Notes under the pieces: generated by a model
Databases searched by the model: none
What the model was told of the DNA's origin: nothing
Seen by the model: the letters and a program-made list of their open reading frames with translations, nothing else
Made by a program: the position numbers and the translations under genes
In this document: one piece after another, positions 19,472-29,857 of the stretch
Layout: every line of letters starts with the position of its first letter
How positions within the stretch are numbered: position 1 is the first letter of the stretch
Assembly: GCA_030949385.1 (NCBI GenBank)
Contig: JAUZSP010000006.1
Span: 64,121-128,120 of the forward strand
Direction of reading: 5' to 3'
Origin: Gammaproteobacteria bacterium
GTDB taxonomy: Bacteria; Pseudomonadota; Gammaproteobacteria; JAUZRS01
Length of the DNA stretch: 64,000 bases

Positions 19472-20931
19472 GGTTTAGTGCTGATGAGTGTGAACTCGAC
19501 TCGGTTATTGAGAGCAGCGATGTTATTCCATTGTCCTGCGCTTGTTAAGCGGGCTGGGTCGGGATAGGCCGCCCGTGGCGCATTATTGCCAATGGGCTGT
19601 ATTTCCAATGTGACTAGGCCGCCTTGCAGCAGAGGAGAGTGGTTAACAAATTCTGTAAACGCGGGGCTTTGACGTTGACTGAGTTTGATTGATTCCGAGA
19701 GGCTCTGTTGTTGAAAGTCACACTGCTCCATTTTCATGTTTTCTGCAGCGAGAATTTGTTTTCCTTGTTTGTTTTTGCGTAGGCAAAATTCACCGGTATG
19801 AACTTTTAGTATGATCACACCTTGAAAGCGTAAAATGGCCAAGCGTGAGAGTAAGGTTTTGAGCTGTTGTAAACGTGGGTCGTTCAGTGCTAACTCAGCG
19901 TATTGATAAGCACCGTTTTGGTTCAGAGACCACTGAAAGGTTTGTAGCCAGCGTTCGTTGAGAGTTTTGAGTTCTTCGATTTCGTTGGTCAGTAACGTAG
20001 TTTCATTGTCTGTGCTGATGTCTGTTTTGCTGGCAAGAGGGTGTTGTAAAACCTCATTGAGCAGCTTTTCTACGCGAACTGTTTCGGCGTTATTGTGTTG
20101 TGCCAGCTGATAAAACCAGAGCGCTGGGGCGATCATAAGAAGAATCAAAAGCAAACCTTTGAAGAGGTTTTTACTGCTTTTGTTGTTGCTTATCTTGTGA
20201 GAGCCGGTTTTTAACATAGGCGCTTGCACCAGTTCATCGACTACTTTGCGGGCGATGGTTTGGCTGCTCTCTTGAATCTCTTGGCGAATTTTTTGTCGTT
20301 CTTCCACCATTAGACGAGCAAACCAAGCTCTTAATTGGCGTTGCCGTTGTGCTTCGGCGTTGTCGTTATTGCTGTTTTTAGAGGATGTTGCAACGGGTCT
20401 GGCATTGTTGCTTTTCAGTTCGGCATGACGTTTCTCAAAGGGAGTGGCGCTGGGTTTTGGAATGGGGACTTTGCTTTGGTTTTGATGGGTGGGTTGTTTT
20501 TGTACTGGCGAGTGTCCTTTGTTATTCTCCAGCAGTCCTAAACGGTTAAGGGTTTTTCCCAGCTCGGCATGGTAGATCTGTTTGGGCAGCACGCCAATCG
20601 CGCCCAAGGCACGTGCCTGACTTAGATAGACTTCTCCCTCCTTGGAGGTGTACATCATAATGGGGATTTTAGCGGTTCTAGGGTCGTTTTTGATTGCTTT
20701 TATGGCTTGAAAACCGTCCATACCCGGCATCATGTGATCCATAAAGATCACATCGGGTCGGGTGTGGCAGAGGTAGCTGAGAGCCGCTTCGGCAGACTCA
20801 GCGGTGTCAACCTGTAAACCTTGTTTTTCCAACTGTTTACGCAGTGCCAGACGCGCCGATTTGGCATCGTCAACCACCAGAGCGAGTTTCTCGACTTGAT
20901 TGACTGTTTTATGGATGGGAGGTTGGCTCAT
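19468..20931 (-). CDS. Response regulator: REC domain, TM helix and extracytoplasmic domain
   Basis: LVVDD, IFMDHMMPGMDG, YTS, LPK receiver motifs; hydrophobic LLLILLMIAPALWFY. Confidence 0.8.
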   Translation of the reverse strand: MSQPPIHKTVNQVEKLALVVDDAKSARLALRKQLEKQGLQVDTAESAEAALSYLCHTRPDVIFMDHMMPGMDGFQAIKAIKNDPRTAKIPIMMYTSKEGEVYLSQARALGAIGVLPKQIYHAELGKTLNRLGLLENNKGHSPVQKQPTHQNQSKVPIPKPSATPFEKRHAELKSNNARPVATSSKNSNNDNAEAQRQRQLRAWFARLMVEERQKIRQEIQESSQTIARKVVDELVQAPMLKTGSHKISNNKSSKNLFKGLLLILLMIAPALWFYQLAQHNNAETVRVEKLLNEVLQHPLASKTDISTDNETTLLTNEIEELKTLNERWLQTFQWSLNQNGAYQYAELALNDPRLQQLKTLLSRLAILRFQGVIILKVHTGEFCLRKNKQGKQILAAENMKMEQCDFQQQSLSESIKLSQRQSPAFTEFVNHSPLLQGGLVTLEIQPIGNNAPRAAYPDPARLTSAGQWNNIAALNNRVEFTLISTKP

Positions 20932-21159
20932 TAGAGCAGTATCCTAAAGTAATGTCTGGTTGATCGGGTTGTCCGAATATTCGTTATTATTAGCGAGTTG
21001 AAGCCTATTTTTTGCTAAATTGCCCACGAAAATGACATTTTGTGAACAATCATCTTAACTATTTCCTATTTTTGTTGACGTTGTGGCTCACAATTTGTCC
21101 AGTTTGGCAGCAGATATACGTTTGAATTTTGCGATTTTTCTATAAGGAAACGTAGTTTT

Positions 21160-21840
21160 ATGGGGTTGTTAAAAAAAGAAGCGGTGGTGATGTTGTCCGG
21201 TGGTTTGGATTCGGCCACCACGTTGGCTTACGCCCTAGATGCCGGTTTTGATTGTTACGCCTTGAGCTTTTTTTACGGTCAGAAGCACCGTTCTGAGCTG
21301 GTGGCGGCCAGTCGAATTGCTGAGTCAATGAGGGTCAAAGAGCATCGGGTGGTTGAGATTGGTCTGGGTGCGTTTGGTGGTTCGGCTTTGACCGATGAGA
21401 ACTTGTCCGTACCGACCGAGCCTCAAGAAGGGATTCCAATTACTTATGTGCCTGCTCGTAACACGATTTTTCTCTCTTATGCTTTGGGCTGGGCGGAAGT
21501 GCTGGGCGTCGGAGATATTTTTCTGGGTGTGAATGCGGTGGACTACTCCGGTTACCCTGACTGTCGCCCCGAATATTTGGCCGCCTTTGAGACGATGGCC
21601 AATTTGGCCACCAAACAGGGGGTTGAAGGGCAAGGGTTTAAAATTCACGCGCCGCTGATTGACTTGAGTAAGGCGGCTATTATTGAGTTGGGAGTGTCAT
21701 TGGGGGTGGATTATCGCCAGACGGTCTCTTGTTACATGGCGGATGAATTAGGCCGAGCCTGTGGCCGTTGTGACTCGTGTCGTTTGCGACGCGAAGGTTT
21801 TGCACAGGCTGGGATTGATGATCTTACTCGCTATCGCTGA
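21160..21840 (+). CDS. queC: 7-cyano-7-deazaguanine synthase
   Basis: SGGLDS, YVPARN, YPDCR, SCY...CGRCDSC. Confidence 0.96.
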   Translation: MGLLKKEAVVMLSGGLDSATTLAYALDAGFDCYALSFFYGQKHRSELVAASRIAESMRVKEHRVVEIGLGAFGGSALTDENLSVPTEPQEGIPITYVPARNTIFLSYALGWAEVLGVGDIFLGVNAVDYSGYPDCRPEYLAAFETMANLATKQGVEGQGFKIHAPLIDLSKAAIIELGVSLGVDYRQTVSCYMADELGRACGRCDSCRLRREGFAQAGIDDLTRYR

Positions 21841-21957
21841 TTTTAACTTAAGTTTTTTTAAGCTAACTGTTTTCTGATTAATGGTTATAGTGGTCGTTTT
21901 TTCACTATTTACAATAATCAATGGGTTTTGTGAATCCATCGTTATTTAAAGGGGGCA

Positions 21958-23184
21958 GTGATGGAATTTGATCTTTTCAGTCAGATGTTGGTCTGGGCGT
22001 TTGTTTTGGCGGTCATTTTAGGTGTGGTGGCGAATAAAACCAGTTTTTGCACCATGGGTGCGGTATCCGATTGGGTCAATATGGGTGATAAAAGCCGCAT
22101 GCGCTCTTGGTTGTTGGCCATTGCAACCGCCATTATGGCGGTCATGTTGATGGAGTGGCTGGAGCTGGTGGATATGTCCTTGACCACCAGTAATGAAACC
22201 TCTAATCCTCCTTATCGGGTCAGTAACTTTGTTTGGTTGCGTTACCTTGTCGGTGGGTTGATTTTTGGTGTTGGTATGACCTTGGGCAGCGGTTGTGGCA
22301 ATAAAACCTTGCTGCGTTTGGGAGCCGGTAACGGCAAGTCTATTGTGGTGCTGTTGGCGATCAGTGCCGCAGCCTCTTTAATGATGTTCACCAGCATTGA
22401 TTACGATCTGTTTTTGAGCTGGATGACCCCTTTGGCGGTTAACTTTACTGATTACGGCATCCATGATCAGTCTGTGGGTTCCATTGTTGAAGGTGTTGTG
22501 GGGGCTGAGCCGGATTCTCAATTAAATCTAATCGTTGCTGCCCTGATTGGGCTGGGTCTGTTTTGCTGTATTTTTAAATCCGCAGAGTTTCGTGCTAACC
22601 GAGAGTTGATTGTGGCTGGGTTGTTGGTTGGGTTGTTGGTTGCATTGGCGTGGTGGGTGACGGCAGGTGCGTTAGGACAGCAGTTGTTAGAAGAAGCTGA
22701 TTTTATGGATGTGCGTCCTTATGCGTTGGGTGCCCAGTCTTTTACTTTTGTGGCACCAACAGCACACGCCTATCAATACATCGAACAGGGTTTTGATCGC
22801 AGTTATGTGAGCTTTGGTTTGGTGGCGGCTTTGGGCGTCATCTGTGGTTCTTTTGTCTACGCGCTGTTTTCTGGTACCTTCCGTTTTGAGTGGTTTGTGA
22901 ACTGGAAAGATTTTCGTATGCACTTGGTGGGCGGTCTGTTAATGGGCGTTGGTGGAGTGTTGGCCATGGGCTGTACCATTGGTCAGGCGGTCACGGGTGC
23001 ATCGACTCTGGCTTTGGGGTCTTTTGTGGCCTTTGCCGCCATCGTGCTTGGCAGTGCGTTGAGTATGAAGTACCAGTATTACAAAATGTTATACGATGAT
23101 GCGACGGTTTTGGATGCGTTTGTAACCGCTCTGGTAGAGTTGCGTTTATTGCCGAAAAAACTGCGACGTTTGGAGGCTTTATAG
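21958..23184 (+). CDS. YeeE/YedE family sulfur (thiosulfate) transporter
   Basis: Polytopic; FCTMGA, GSGCG and GCTIGQ cysteine motifs. Confidence 0.85.
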   Translation: MMEFDLFSQMLVWAFVLAVILGVVANKTSFCTMGAVSDWVNMGDKSRMRSWLLAIATAIMAVMLMEWLELVDMSLTTSNETSNPPYRVSNFVWLRYLVGGLIFGVGMTLGSGCGNKTLLRLGAGNGKSIVVLLAISAAASLMMFTSIDYDLFLSWMTPLAVNFTDYGIHDQSVGSIVEGVVGAEPDSQLNLIVAALIGLGLFCCIFKSAEFRANRELIVAGLLVGLLVALAWWVTAGALGQQLLEEADFMDVRPYALGAQSFTFVAPTAHAYQYIEQGFDRSYVSFGLVAALGVICGSFVYALFSGTFRFEWFVNWKDFRMHLVGGLLMGVGGVLAMGCTIGQAVTGASTLALGSFVAFAAIVLGSALSMKYQYYKMLYDDATVLDAFVTALVELRLLPKKLRRLEAL

Positions 23185-23222
23185 GGATTTTAACCCTTGT
23201 TAATAAGGCCTATAAAAAAGGC

Positions 23223-23250
23223 TTGCGTTAAATTTTTATTAGGGTAATAT
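23223..23250 (+). promoter_or_regulatory. Stable-RNA type promoter of tRNA-Lys
   Basis: TTGCGT-16 bp-TAATAT plus GC discriminator ACGCGGCC. Confidence 0.55.
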
Positions 23251-23287
23251 ACGCGGCCTCACCCCAGCGGTGAGGTAGTTTCAAGCA

Positions 23288-23363
23288 GGGCCGTTAGCTC
23301 AGTTGGTAGAGCATCTGACTTTTAATTAGGTGGTCGAAGGTTCGAATCCTTCACGTCCCACCA
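23288..23363 (+). tRNA. tRNA-Lys(TTT), integration target
   Basis: 76-nt cloverleaf, anticodon loop CTTTTAA, encoded CCA; one acceptor-stem mismatch at 23356. Confidence 0.93.
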
Positions 23364-23370
23364 TATTTTT
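23318..23370 (+). repeat. attL (53 bp)
   Basis: 52/53 identical to 30931..30983. Confidence 0.95.
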
Positions 23371-23410
23371 CAAAGACTTAGCAAAACTCACCTCTCCACA
23401 AATCTTCCCG

Positions 23411-23589
23411 TGGGACACTGGTGGGGCACTTCCAAATCAAACACCAGCACAATGACATTCATTTTTGTTGTTATTTTTTCGTGCGTGCGTGTTTATCAAT
23501 TCAATCTTCGGCAATCGCCACCAGCAAAAAAAGAATATTGAACCTAAATTGCCCCCTTTTCGCGGTCAACTGCCCCATGAGTGCCCCAT
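23411..23589. promoter_or_regulatory. Putative integrase arm-type sites TGGG(G/A)CACT
   Basis: Tandem pair at 23411-23430, inverted pair at 23570-23589; same motif pair at 30795-30814. Confidence 0.65.
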
Positions 23590-23731
23590 AGACTACTTTT
23601 GTGTTTATAAATTATTGTTTTGTATAGATATTATTTAATAGATCACCTGATTATATATCAGGTGTTGCTGTTTTTTGTGGTTTGTCTTACTCTATTCCCC
23701 ATTGTTCACGGTTGTTTTATGAGGGAAGGAT

Positions 23732-24799
23732 ATGGCCAGCATTGAGAAGCGCACCAGCAAAGAGGGAGTGGTCTCCTATCGGGTCAAAGTGAGGTTGAAA
23801 GGCTACCCAATACAAACGGCCTCTTTTGAACGGCGTACCGATGCCAAAAAGTGGGCGCAGCAAACAGAGGTCGCCATTAGGGAAGGGCGACACTTCAAAA
23901 CCCGAGAGGCCAAACGGCATACTTTTAATGAGCTGGTGAAGCGGTACATAAAAGAGGTGGTGCCACGCAAGCCCAAAGCGGGGGCATACGATCACAGTTA
24001 CCAACTCAGGTGGTGGGCTGATCAAATCGGGGATTGTGTGTTGGCGGACGTTACAGCGGCTTTACTGACAGAGACGCGGGACAAACTGGCCAATATACCC
24101 ACAGTGAATGGGCAGAGGGCAGCCGCTACGGTGAACCGCTATCTTGCCTCTGCAAGCCATGCGTTTACGGTTGCGGTGAAAGAGTGGGGATGGCTGGAAG
24201 ATTCGCCCATGCGGAACGTGAGTAAGTTTAAGGAGCCACGGGGACGGGTGCGCTATTTGAGTGAAGAAGAGCGGCCTAGGTTTCTTGCTGCTTGCCGAGA
24301 GAGCAGTAATCCATACCTGTACCCCGTTGTTGTTCTGGCACTCTCCACCGGAGCGAGAAAGATGGAGATATGTTCCCTTTCTTGGGCGGCCATCGACCTT
24401 AAGCGTGATGCTCCACAGATCGTTTTACATGAAACAAAGAACGGTGAGCGGCGTGTTTTGCCCCTAACAGGCCATGCTTTGGAGCTGGTGCGTGATTTGG
24501 CCAAAGTTCGGCGCATTGATACCCCGTTGCTTTTTCCGAGCTTGAAGAATCCCAGTAAGCCGATGGGCATTAGAGCGCCGTTTCTCAGAGCGTTGGCAAA
24601 GGCTGAAATAGAAGATTTTCACTTCCATGATTTGAGACACAGCGCGGCCAGTTATCTGGCCATGGACGGTGCCAGCATGGCGGAGATAGCGGAGGTTCTA
24701 GGGCATAAAACCCTACAGATGGTGAAACGCTACAGCCACCTTTCAGATGCACACACGGCCAGTGTGGTGGCTTCCATGAATGCCAAGATTTTTGGATAA
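23732..24799 (+). CDS. Tyrosine recombinase/integrase
   Basis: TGARKME (R), TKNG (K), HDLRH, LGH, RYSH (Y) all intact. Confidence 0.95.
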   Translation: MASIEKRTSKEGVVSYRVKVRLKGYPIQTASFERRTDAKKWAQQTEVAIREGRHFKTREAKRHTFNELVKRYIKEVVPRKPKAGAYDHSYQLRWWADQIGDCVLADVTAALLTETRDKLANIPTVNGQRAAATVNRYLASASHAFTVAVKEWGWLEDSPMRNVSKFKEPRGRVRYLSEEERPRFLAACRESSNPYLYPVVVLALSTGARKMEICSLSWAAIDLKRDAPQIVLHETKNGERRVLPLTGHALELVRDLAKVRRIDTPLLFPSLKNPSKPMGIRAPFLRALAKAEIEDFHFHDLRHSAASYLAMDGASMAEIAEVLGHKTLQMVKRYSHLSDAHTASVVASMNAKIFG

Positions 24800-24816
24800 G
24801 CCTCATTAAGGAAAAA

Positions 24817-25384
24817 ATGCTAATGGCTACGGATAAAAATAAAAATGACCCGTTAGAAAGCCCCATTCTTTGTAGGGGCATGATTCATTACGCGGGGGGA
24901 AAACCCAGAAGCGGCTCAGAATTTATACCTCTTAGCTTCTGAAAAATTAAAGCGTTCTGAATCATTACCATCTAGCTTATCCGAATGGCTTGGGGAGATA
25001 TTAGAGAACTTAGCCTTCTGTGATAGGGAGAATAGGGGAGCAATCCGAAAGGTGGTGAAGTTGAATGCTAAAAATGGGGGGCAAAGAAAAAATAGTGAAC
25101 TAGGGTCAAAGATCGCCCGTATACAACATCAACATAAATGCAGTGTTTTAGGTGCTTTAGAGATTGAGGCAGAACAAAATCTCAATGAAGAAGGCAAACA
25201 ATCCGATCATAAAGACCTTCCAGTTGATACTTTACACAAAGCATTTTATAACAAAAATAATACACATCGAGAGGATTGCCGCTTTGTTAAAGCGGTATTA
25301 GAGCAAAAGACCCCATATCATTTCAGAGTGAAAAAAATTCTTTCAATTCTTCAACAAATCGCGATTAAAAAAACAATGGAATAA
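24817..25384 (+). CDS. Hypothetical AT-rich protein (~188 aa, +1 indel at ~24900)
   Basis: SD AAGGA and ATG 24817; removing one base at GGGGGGAAAA joins to ORF 25052..25384 without stops. Confidence 0.55.
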
Positions 25385-25485
25385 GGGTGTCAGGTTTCTT
25401 CTATTTTTACTAGACAGGCATTTAGCCATACTCCAGCACAACACGGCATAAGCCGCGTTATTTTTAATAATTACTGGAGCTTTAA

Positions 25486-25722
25486 ATGGAACATAGAAGT
25501 TTTTTAACCGTCCCTCAATTCAGCGTTAAACATCCCGCTTTTACCCAATCAAGCCTAAGAGGCTTAATCTTCAACGCCAAAAGTCGGCAGAGCAGCCAAG
25601 GGATGATTGAAGGCAACGGCTTAGCCCCTGCCATTATTCGCATTGGTCGCAAAGTCTTAATTGATGAAGAGAAGTTTTTGGCTTGGGTGGACAACCACCA
25701 GCAAAACGGCCAAGCGGCATAA
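25486..25722 (+). CDS. Excisionase/AlpA-like winged-HTH DNA-binding protein
   Basis: 78 aa, IIRIGRKVLIDEEKFLAWV wing motif; SD GGAG. Confidence 0.75.
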   Translation: MEHRSFLTVPQFSVKHPAFTQSSLRGLIFNAKSRQSSQGMIEGNGLAPAIIRIGRKVLIDEEKFLAWVDNHQQNGQAA

Positions 25723-25730
25723 GGGGGAAG

Positions 25731-26105
25731 ATGATGAATAAAAAACTGCCAAAGGATGGGGTTGCAACTCCACCCAGTGACCGGCACAACATCACAGTAC
25801 AGCGACTGAACCCCGAGTTTATCCCGCCACGGCTTGATGATAAAGAGGTTATTTCTGGTGCAGTCCATACCACGCTGGCCGGTTTCCCAAACATTGACCC
25901 CAAGGTAGTGCGGTACTACTCCAAAAAGCTGGCCTCTGTTGGCTGGAAGTTGGCGGCTTACGTTTGGAGTGAAGGTACAAAAGGCATTATTAGGATGCCG
26001 GTGGGGACTGAACCCTCTCCCTCTTTGCTGGTGGAGAAATACGGGCTGTTTCGAGGGCGGTTAGAGGCAGAGCTTTTAGGCTCCCAGAATGGAGGTCATA
26101 TCTAA
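25731..26105 (+). CDS. Hypothetical protein
   Basis: SD AAGGGGG and ATG 25731, directly after the Xis-like gene. Confidence 0.55.
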   Translation: MMNKKLPKDGVATPPSDRHNITVQRLNPEFIPPRLDDKEVISGAVHTTLAGFPNIDPKVVRYYSKKLASVGWKLAAYVWSEGTKGIIRMPVGTEPSPSLLVEKYGLFRGRLEAELLGSQNGGHI

Positions 26106-26130
26106 TGGTTAATAGATTACTTACCTTGCC

Positions 26131-26372
26131 TTGTCACACTGCCACGCTTAAAAAACCATTTACAAAGCACCTCATATTTATAGGGATTTTAAATAGTATT
26201 AATGTGAGGTGTGATGATTTTCAGAGTGATTTTTTTCACTTTGCTGTTAAAAGGTGGCGTGACAGGCGTGACGGCGTGACAGATCAAAAAAATATATTAA
26301 TTATCAATAGGATAGGTGTGTTTTTGAGTGTCACGCTACGGGTGTGCCACGCCGTGACAGGCGTGACAGATT
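26131..26372 (+). repeat. Long inverted repeat, left copy (242 bp) with GCGTGAC(A/G) iterons
   Basis: Reverse complement of 29858..30098; about 29 differences by manual alignment. Confidence 0.95.
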
Positions 26373-26482
26373 GCGCGATAAGGGGCTTGCTGTTCTGTGT
26401 TAGAGAAGTTTCTGCCGCTTATAAAGGGGCGCGAGCTGGAGCCGTTGCAGAAGTTTTTGCCGCTTATAAAAAGGGAAAGGGG

Positions 26483-26512
26483 TTGACCACCCGCACTGTG
26501 AAGCCCTATCCT
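26483..26512 (+). promoter_or_regulatory. Promoter of the c4/ash-primase operon
   Basis: TTGACC...TATCCT upstream of the first c4 target. Confidence 0.55.
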
Positions 26513-26623
26513 TGCCGTTCCTCTGCACAATCAGAGGACGGGGTTCGCAACCCGAGCAATACCAAGCCGCACCAGCACCGGCCTCAAACCGTGCTTTTTT
26601 TGTGTAAGTCCGTTTGTTCTTTA

Positions 26624-26702
26624 TGGCGGATTGTGTGGGGCAGCTTTCGGGCTGGCCGGTTCCCTTGGTTTCCGGTAGTGCGAACCCCATACAATCTGCC
26701 AC
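26624..26702 (+). ncRNA. c4/CI-type antisense RNA (P1/P4-like immunity RNA)
   Basis: Stem GGCGGATTGTGTGGGG/CCCCATACAATCTGCC enclosing two hairpins; TGCGAACCCC and CTTGG complementary to flanking targets; overlapping frame reads the Ash-like MADCVGQLSGWP...GSANP. Confidence 0.8.
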
Positions 26703-26762
26703 CCTTAAACCGCTTCGTAACGGTCGGTGGCAGCTTCCTAAATTACCAAGGAGCTTGTCATT

Positions 26763-27005
26763 ATGCTTAACTTATCCCCTCCCAATCCGTCTACCCGTTG
26801 CAGTCACGCGCCTGTTGAGGTGGTGGTTTATACGGTCTGTGTTACGTCTCTTTCTCGTTCTGGTGGGCGTACCACGCGCCCTGTATCGCGTTATTTCTCT
26901 TCCCGTATTGGCGCGTTTACCTCCTTTGATCCAGACCCCGACTACTTGGCGTGGTATCACGATCTGCTTTTGCTGGATTCCGCTTTGGCAGGGGGTGGCC
27001 TGTGA
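26763..27005 (+). CDS. Small hypothetical protein in the icd/kil position
   Basis: SD AAGGAG overlapped by a c4 target; its TGA overlaps the primase GTG. Confidence 0.55.
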   Translation: MLNLSPPNPSTRCSHAPVEVVVYTVCVTSLSRSGGRTTRPVSRYFSSRIGAFTSFDPDPDYLAWYHDLLLLDSALAGGGL

Positions 27006-29789
27006 AGCAGAAAATAGACTTTCAAGCCATCAACCAATCGGCCATAAACAATGCGGTAAGTGTGCTTAACCATTATCTTCCTGATGGGACAAGCAGTGGC
27101 GGTGAGTACACGGCGTTAAACCCAACACGGGAAGACAGTAAAAAGGGCAGCTTTTCGGTTAACACCCAAAGTGGCCGGTGGTCTGACTTTGCCACAGAGG
27201 ATAAAGGTGGGGATCTGATAAGCCTGATAGCCTACCTAAACGGCACTAAACAGGGTGCAGCGGCCAAAGAGTTGTCCCAGTTTTTGGGGCTGTCAGAGGT
27301 CAACCACAGCAGCCAAAAGAAAACCGCCACGGTGGCGCAATCGAGCAAGCACCCCCCCGCTGAATGGGCACCTTGTTTGCCGGTTCCCAACGATGCACCC
27401 GCACCTCATGAGGAACATTCCCGTTTTGGTAAACCGTCAGGCCGTTGGGTCTATCGGGATGAACAAGGGGCGGTGCTGTTTTATATGTACCGTTTTGAGC
27501 AAGAGGGCAAAAAGAAGAGCTACGCGCCGTTGAGTTACGGCAATTATGGCGCGGGGTGTTTGCACTGGAAGTGGAAGGGTATTCCAGCACCCCGCCCCCT
27601 CTATCATCTTGACCAACTGGCAGCCAAGCCAAAGGCCAAGGTGGTGATCTGTGAGGGTGAAAAAGCAGCGGATGCCGCTCAATACCTTTTGCCGGATTGG
27701 GTCGCCGTTACCCCACCCAATGGGGCGCAATCACCGGATAAGGCCAATTGGTCGCCCTTAAAAGGTCGGGATGTGATGATTTGGCCAGACAATGACAAAG
27801 CCGGTGCCGCGTTTGCGGATCGGGTCAAGGCGCTGGTGGAGGGTGTCGGGGTTAAGTCGGTCGCTTTGTTGGTGGTGCCGTTTGCCTTTGGTCTCGATGG
27901 TGACGGCCTTAAGCCCGTGGCCGGTGATGGCTTTGCAGAGAAGTGGGACGCGGCGGACGCAGAGGCCGAAGGCTGGCAGCCAATGCACCTTAAACAGTTG
28001 ATCCAAAAAGCGGAGTGTGTGCGGGTGACTGCCCTCTCTGTCACGGTGAAGAGGGAAGGCAGAAAGAGACCGATTAAGGGTTCAACCTTTGGCCATAACT
28101 TCAAAGTGAAAGAGAGCGGTGTGTGGTTTCATCCACCATCAGAAGACCAACAGGACGCACCTAAGCCCATATTGATTTGTGACCGGCTGATGGTGAGTGC
28201 CAGAACACGGGACACGCACGGCGAAAGCCACGGGCGGCTGTTGGAATTTGTAGATTCAGACGGTGTACCGCACCAGTGGGCGATGCCTATGGAGATGCTG
28301 GCCGGTGATGGCTTGGAGGTCAGAAAGCGGTTGATGTCCCAAGGTTTAAGTGTGGCGCAGAGCCGCAAATCACGGGATCTGTTGGGCATGTACATACAGA
28401 CGCAACAACCGAAAGACAAGGCGCTCTGTGTGGATCGTATCGGCTGGCATGGTGGGGCATTTGTTTTGCCTGACAAGGTGCTGGGACAGAAAGAGGGTGA
28501 TCGGGTGTTGTTGCAGGCTCCAAGAAGAGAAGACCCTGTGTTCTCTCAAAAAGGCAGCCTTGCAGAGTGGCGGCAGCAGATAGCGGCGTTGTGTCTGGGC
28601 AATTCACGTTTGCTGTTTGCGGTCAGTTTGGGTTTTGCTGCCAGTGTGTTGAAGCCGTTAATGGAAGAGTCGGGCGGTTTTAATATTCGTGGTGCCAGTT
28701 CTACCGGAAAAAGTACGGCGCTACGGGTGGCGTGCAGTGTGTGGGGTGGAGCCAATCGGATGCAGCGGTGGAGAGCCACCGGTAACGGCCTTGAAGGGGT
28801 GGCCTCGATGCACAACGATACCCTTTTGTGCTTGGATGAATTGGGGCAGGTTGAACCACGGGAAGCGGGTGAAATTGCCTACATGCTGGCCAACGGTGCC
28901 GGTAAGCAGCGCAGCCGAAGGGATGGCAGCAGTGCAGCGGTAAAAGAGTGGCGGCTGTTGTTTCTTTCAGCCGGTGAGGTGGGTTTAGCGGAACAGATGC
29001 GCCAAGGCGGTAAGCGGGTCATGGCCGGTCAAGCGGTGCGAATGGTGGATATTCCAGCGGATGCGGGGCGTGGCTTGGGGTTATTTGAAGACGTTGAACG
29101 GCCACCGTTCTGGCGGCCATCTTTCAAAGGCGTTATCGGCTGCCACCCAAAAGGCTTACGGTACAGCAGGTGAGGCGTTTATTAATGGCTTGTTGCCCTT
29201 GGGTGATCTGGTGCCCGTTGTTGAGGGGTTACAGGCGGACTTCCTTAAGGGTCTGCTTCCAGATGAAGCCGATGGTCAGGTTCACCGTGTGGCGGGTCGT
29301 TTTGCGTTGGTGGCGGCGGCGGGTGAGCTGGCCACTCGATTTAAGATCACCGGCTGGCCAACAGGTGAGGCCAGTAAGGGAGTAAAGAGCTGCTTTAACG
29401 ATTGGTTAAAAGAGCGCGGCGGTCACGGAGCACAGGAAGAGAGAGAGGCTTTAAAACAGGTTCGCCACTTTATCGAGGTTCACGGGGAGTCGCGGTTCTC
29501 TCCTTGGGTGCAAGATGAGCGATACCGCAGCACCAGCAACCGAGCGGGTTTCCGTAAGCACTTGGAGGGTGGCGGGGTGGAGTATTACATTTTGAGAGAA
29601 AGCTTTAAGCGTGACGTGTGTGACGGCTTGGATTGGCGTTTTGTTGTCGAAGTCTTGAAAAAACACGAATGGCTTGTTCTGGATTCAAAAGGGGGAGCGA
29701 CACGCCCCGAACGCTTGCCAGAAGGAGGCCGTCAGCGGTGTTACCGTTTAAAAATTCCTGAGCTGGTGGAGATGCGCGCAGTTTCATAG
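27002..29789 (+). CDS. Primase-helicase (TOPRIM + DUF927), +1 indel at ~29090
   Basis: ICEGEKAADA and WPDND TOPRIM motifs; Walker A GASSTGKST, Walker B LCLDE; C-terminus continues in ORF 29061..29789. Confidence 0.88.
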
Positions 29790-29818
29790 GGTTATGTTGG
29801 ATTGGTTCGACGGGACTT

Positions 29819-29844
29819 AAAAGCGGCTATTTGGCCGTTTTTTT
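29819..29844 (+). terminator. Intrinsic terminator after primase
   Basis: GCGGCTA-tt-TGGCCGT hairpin plus T7. Confidence 0.6.
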
Positions 29845-29857
29845 GTGCCCATGACAA

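Noticed and set aside
21160..21840. queC as part of a 7-deazaguanine DNA-modification or QatC-type defence system
   Set aside because: Canonical length, outside the att-bounded element, and no dpdA or qat neighbours
26256..26372. Short repeats as a CRISPR array
   Set aside because: 7-9-bp iterons without unique spacers; no cas genes; no array seen anywhere in the window
26105..26770. 221-aa ORF in the track
   Set aside because: Runs through the iteron repeat, promoter and c4 RNA with no protein-like motifs; probably incidental
29061..29173. Programmed frameshift in the primase
   Set aside because: No slippery sequence at the junction; fits the window-wide insertion errors
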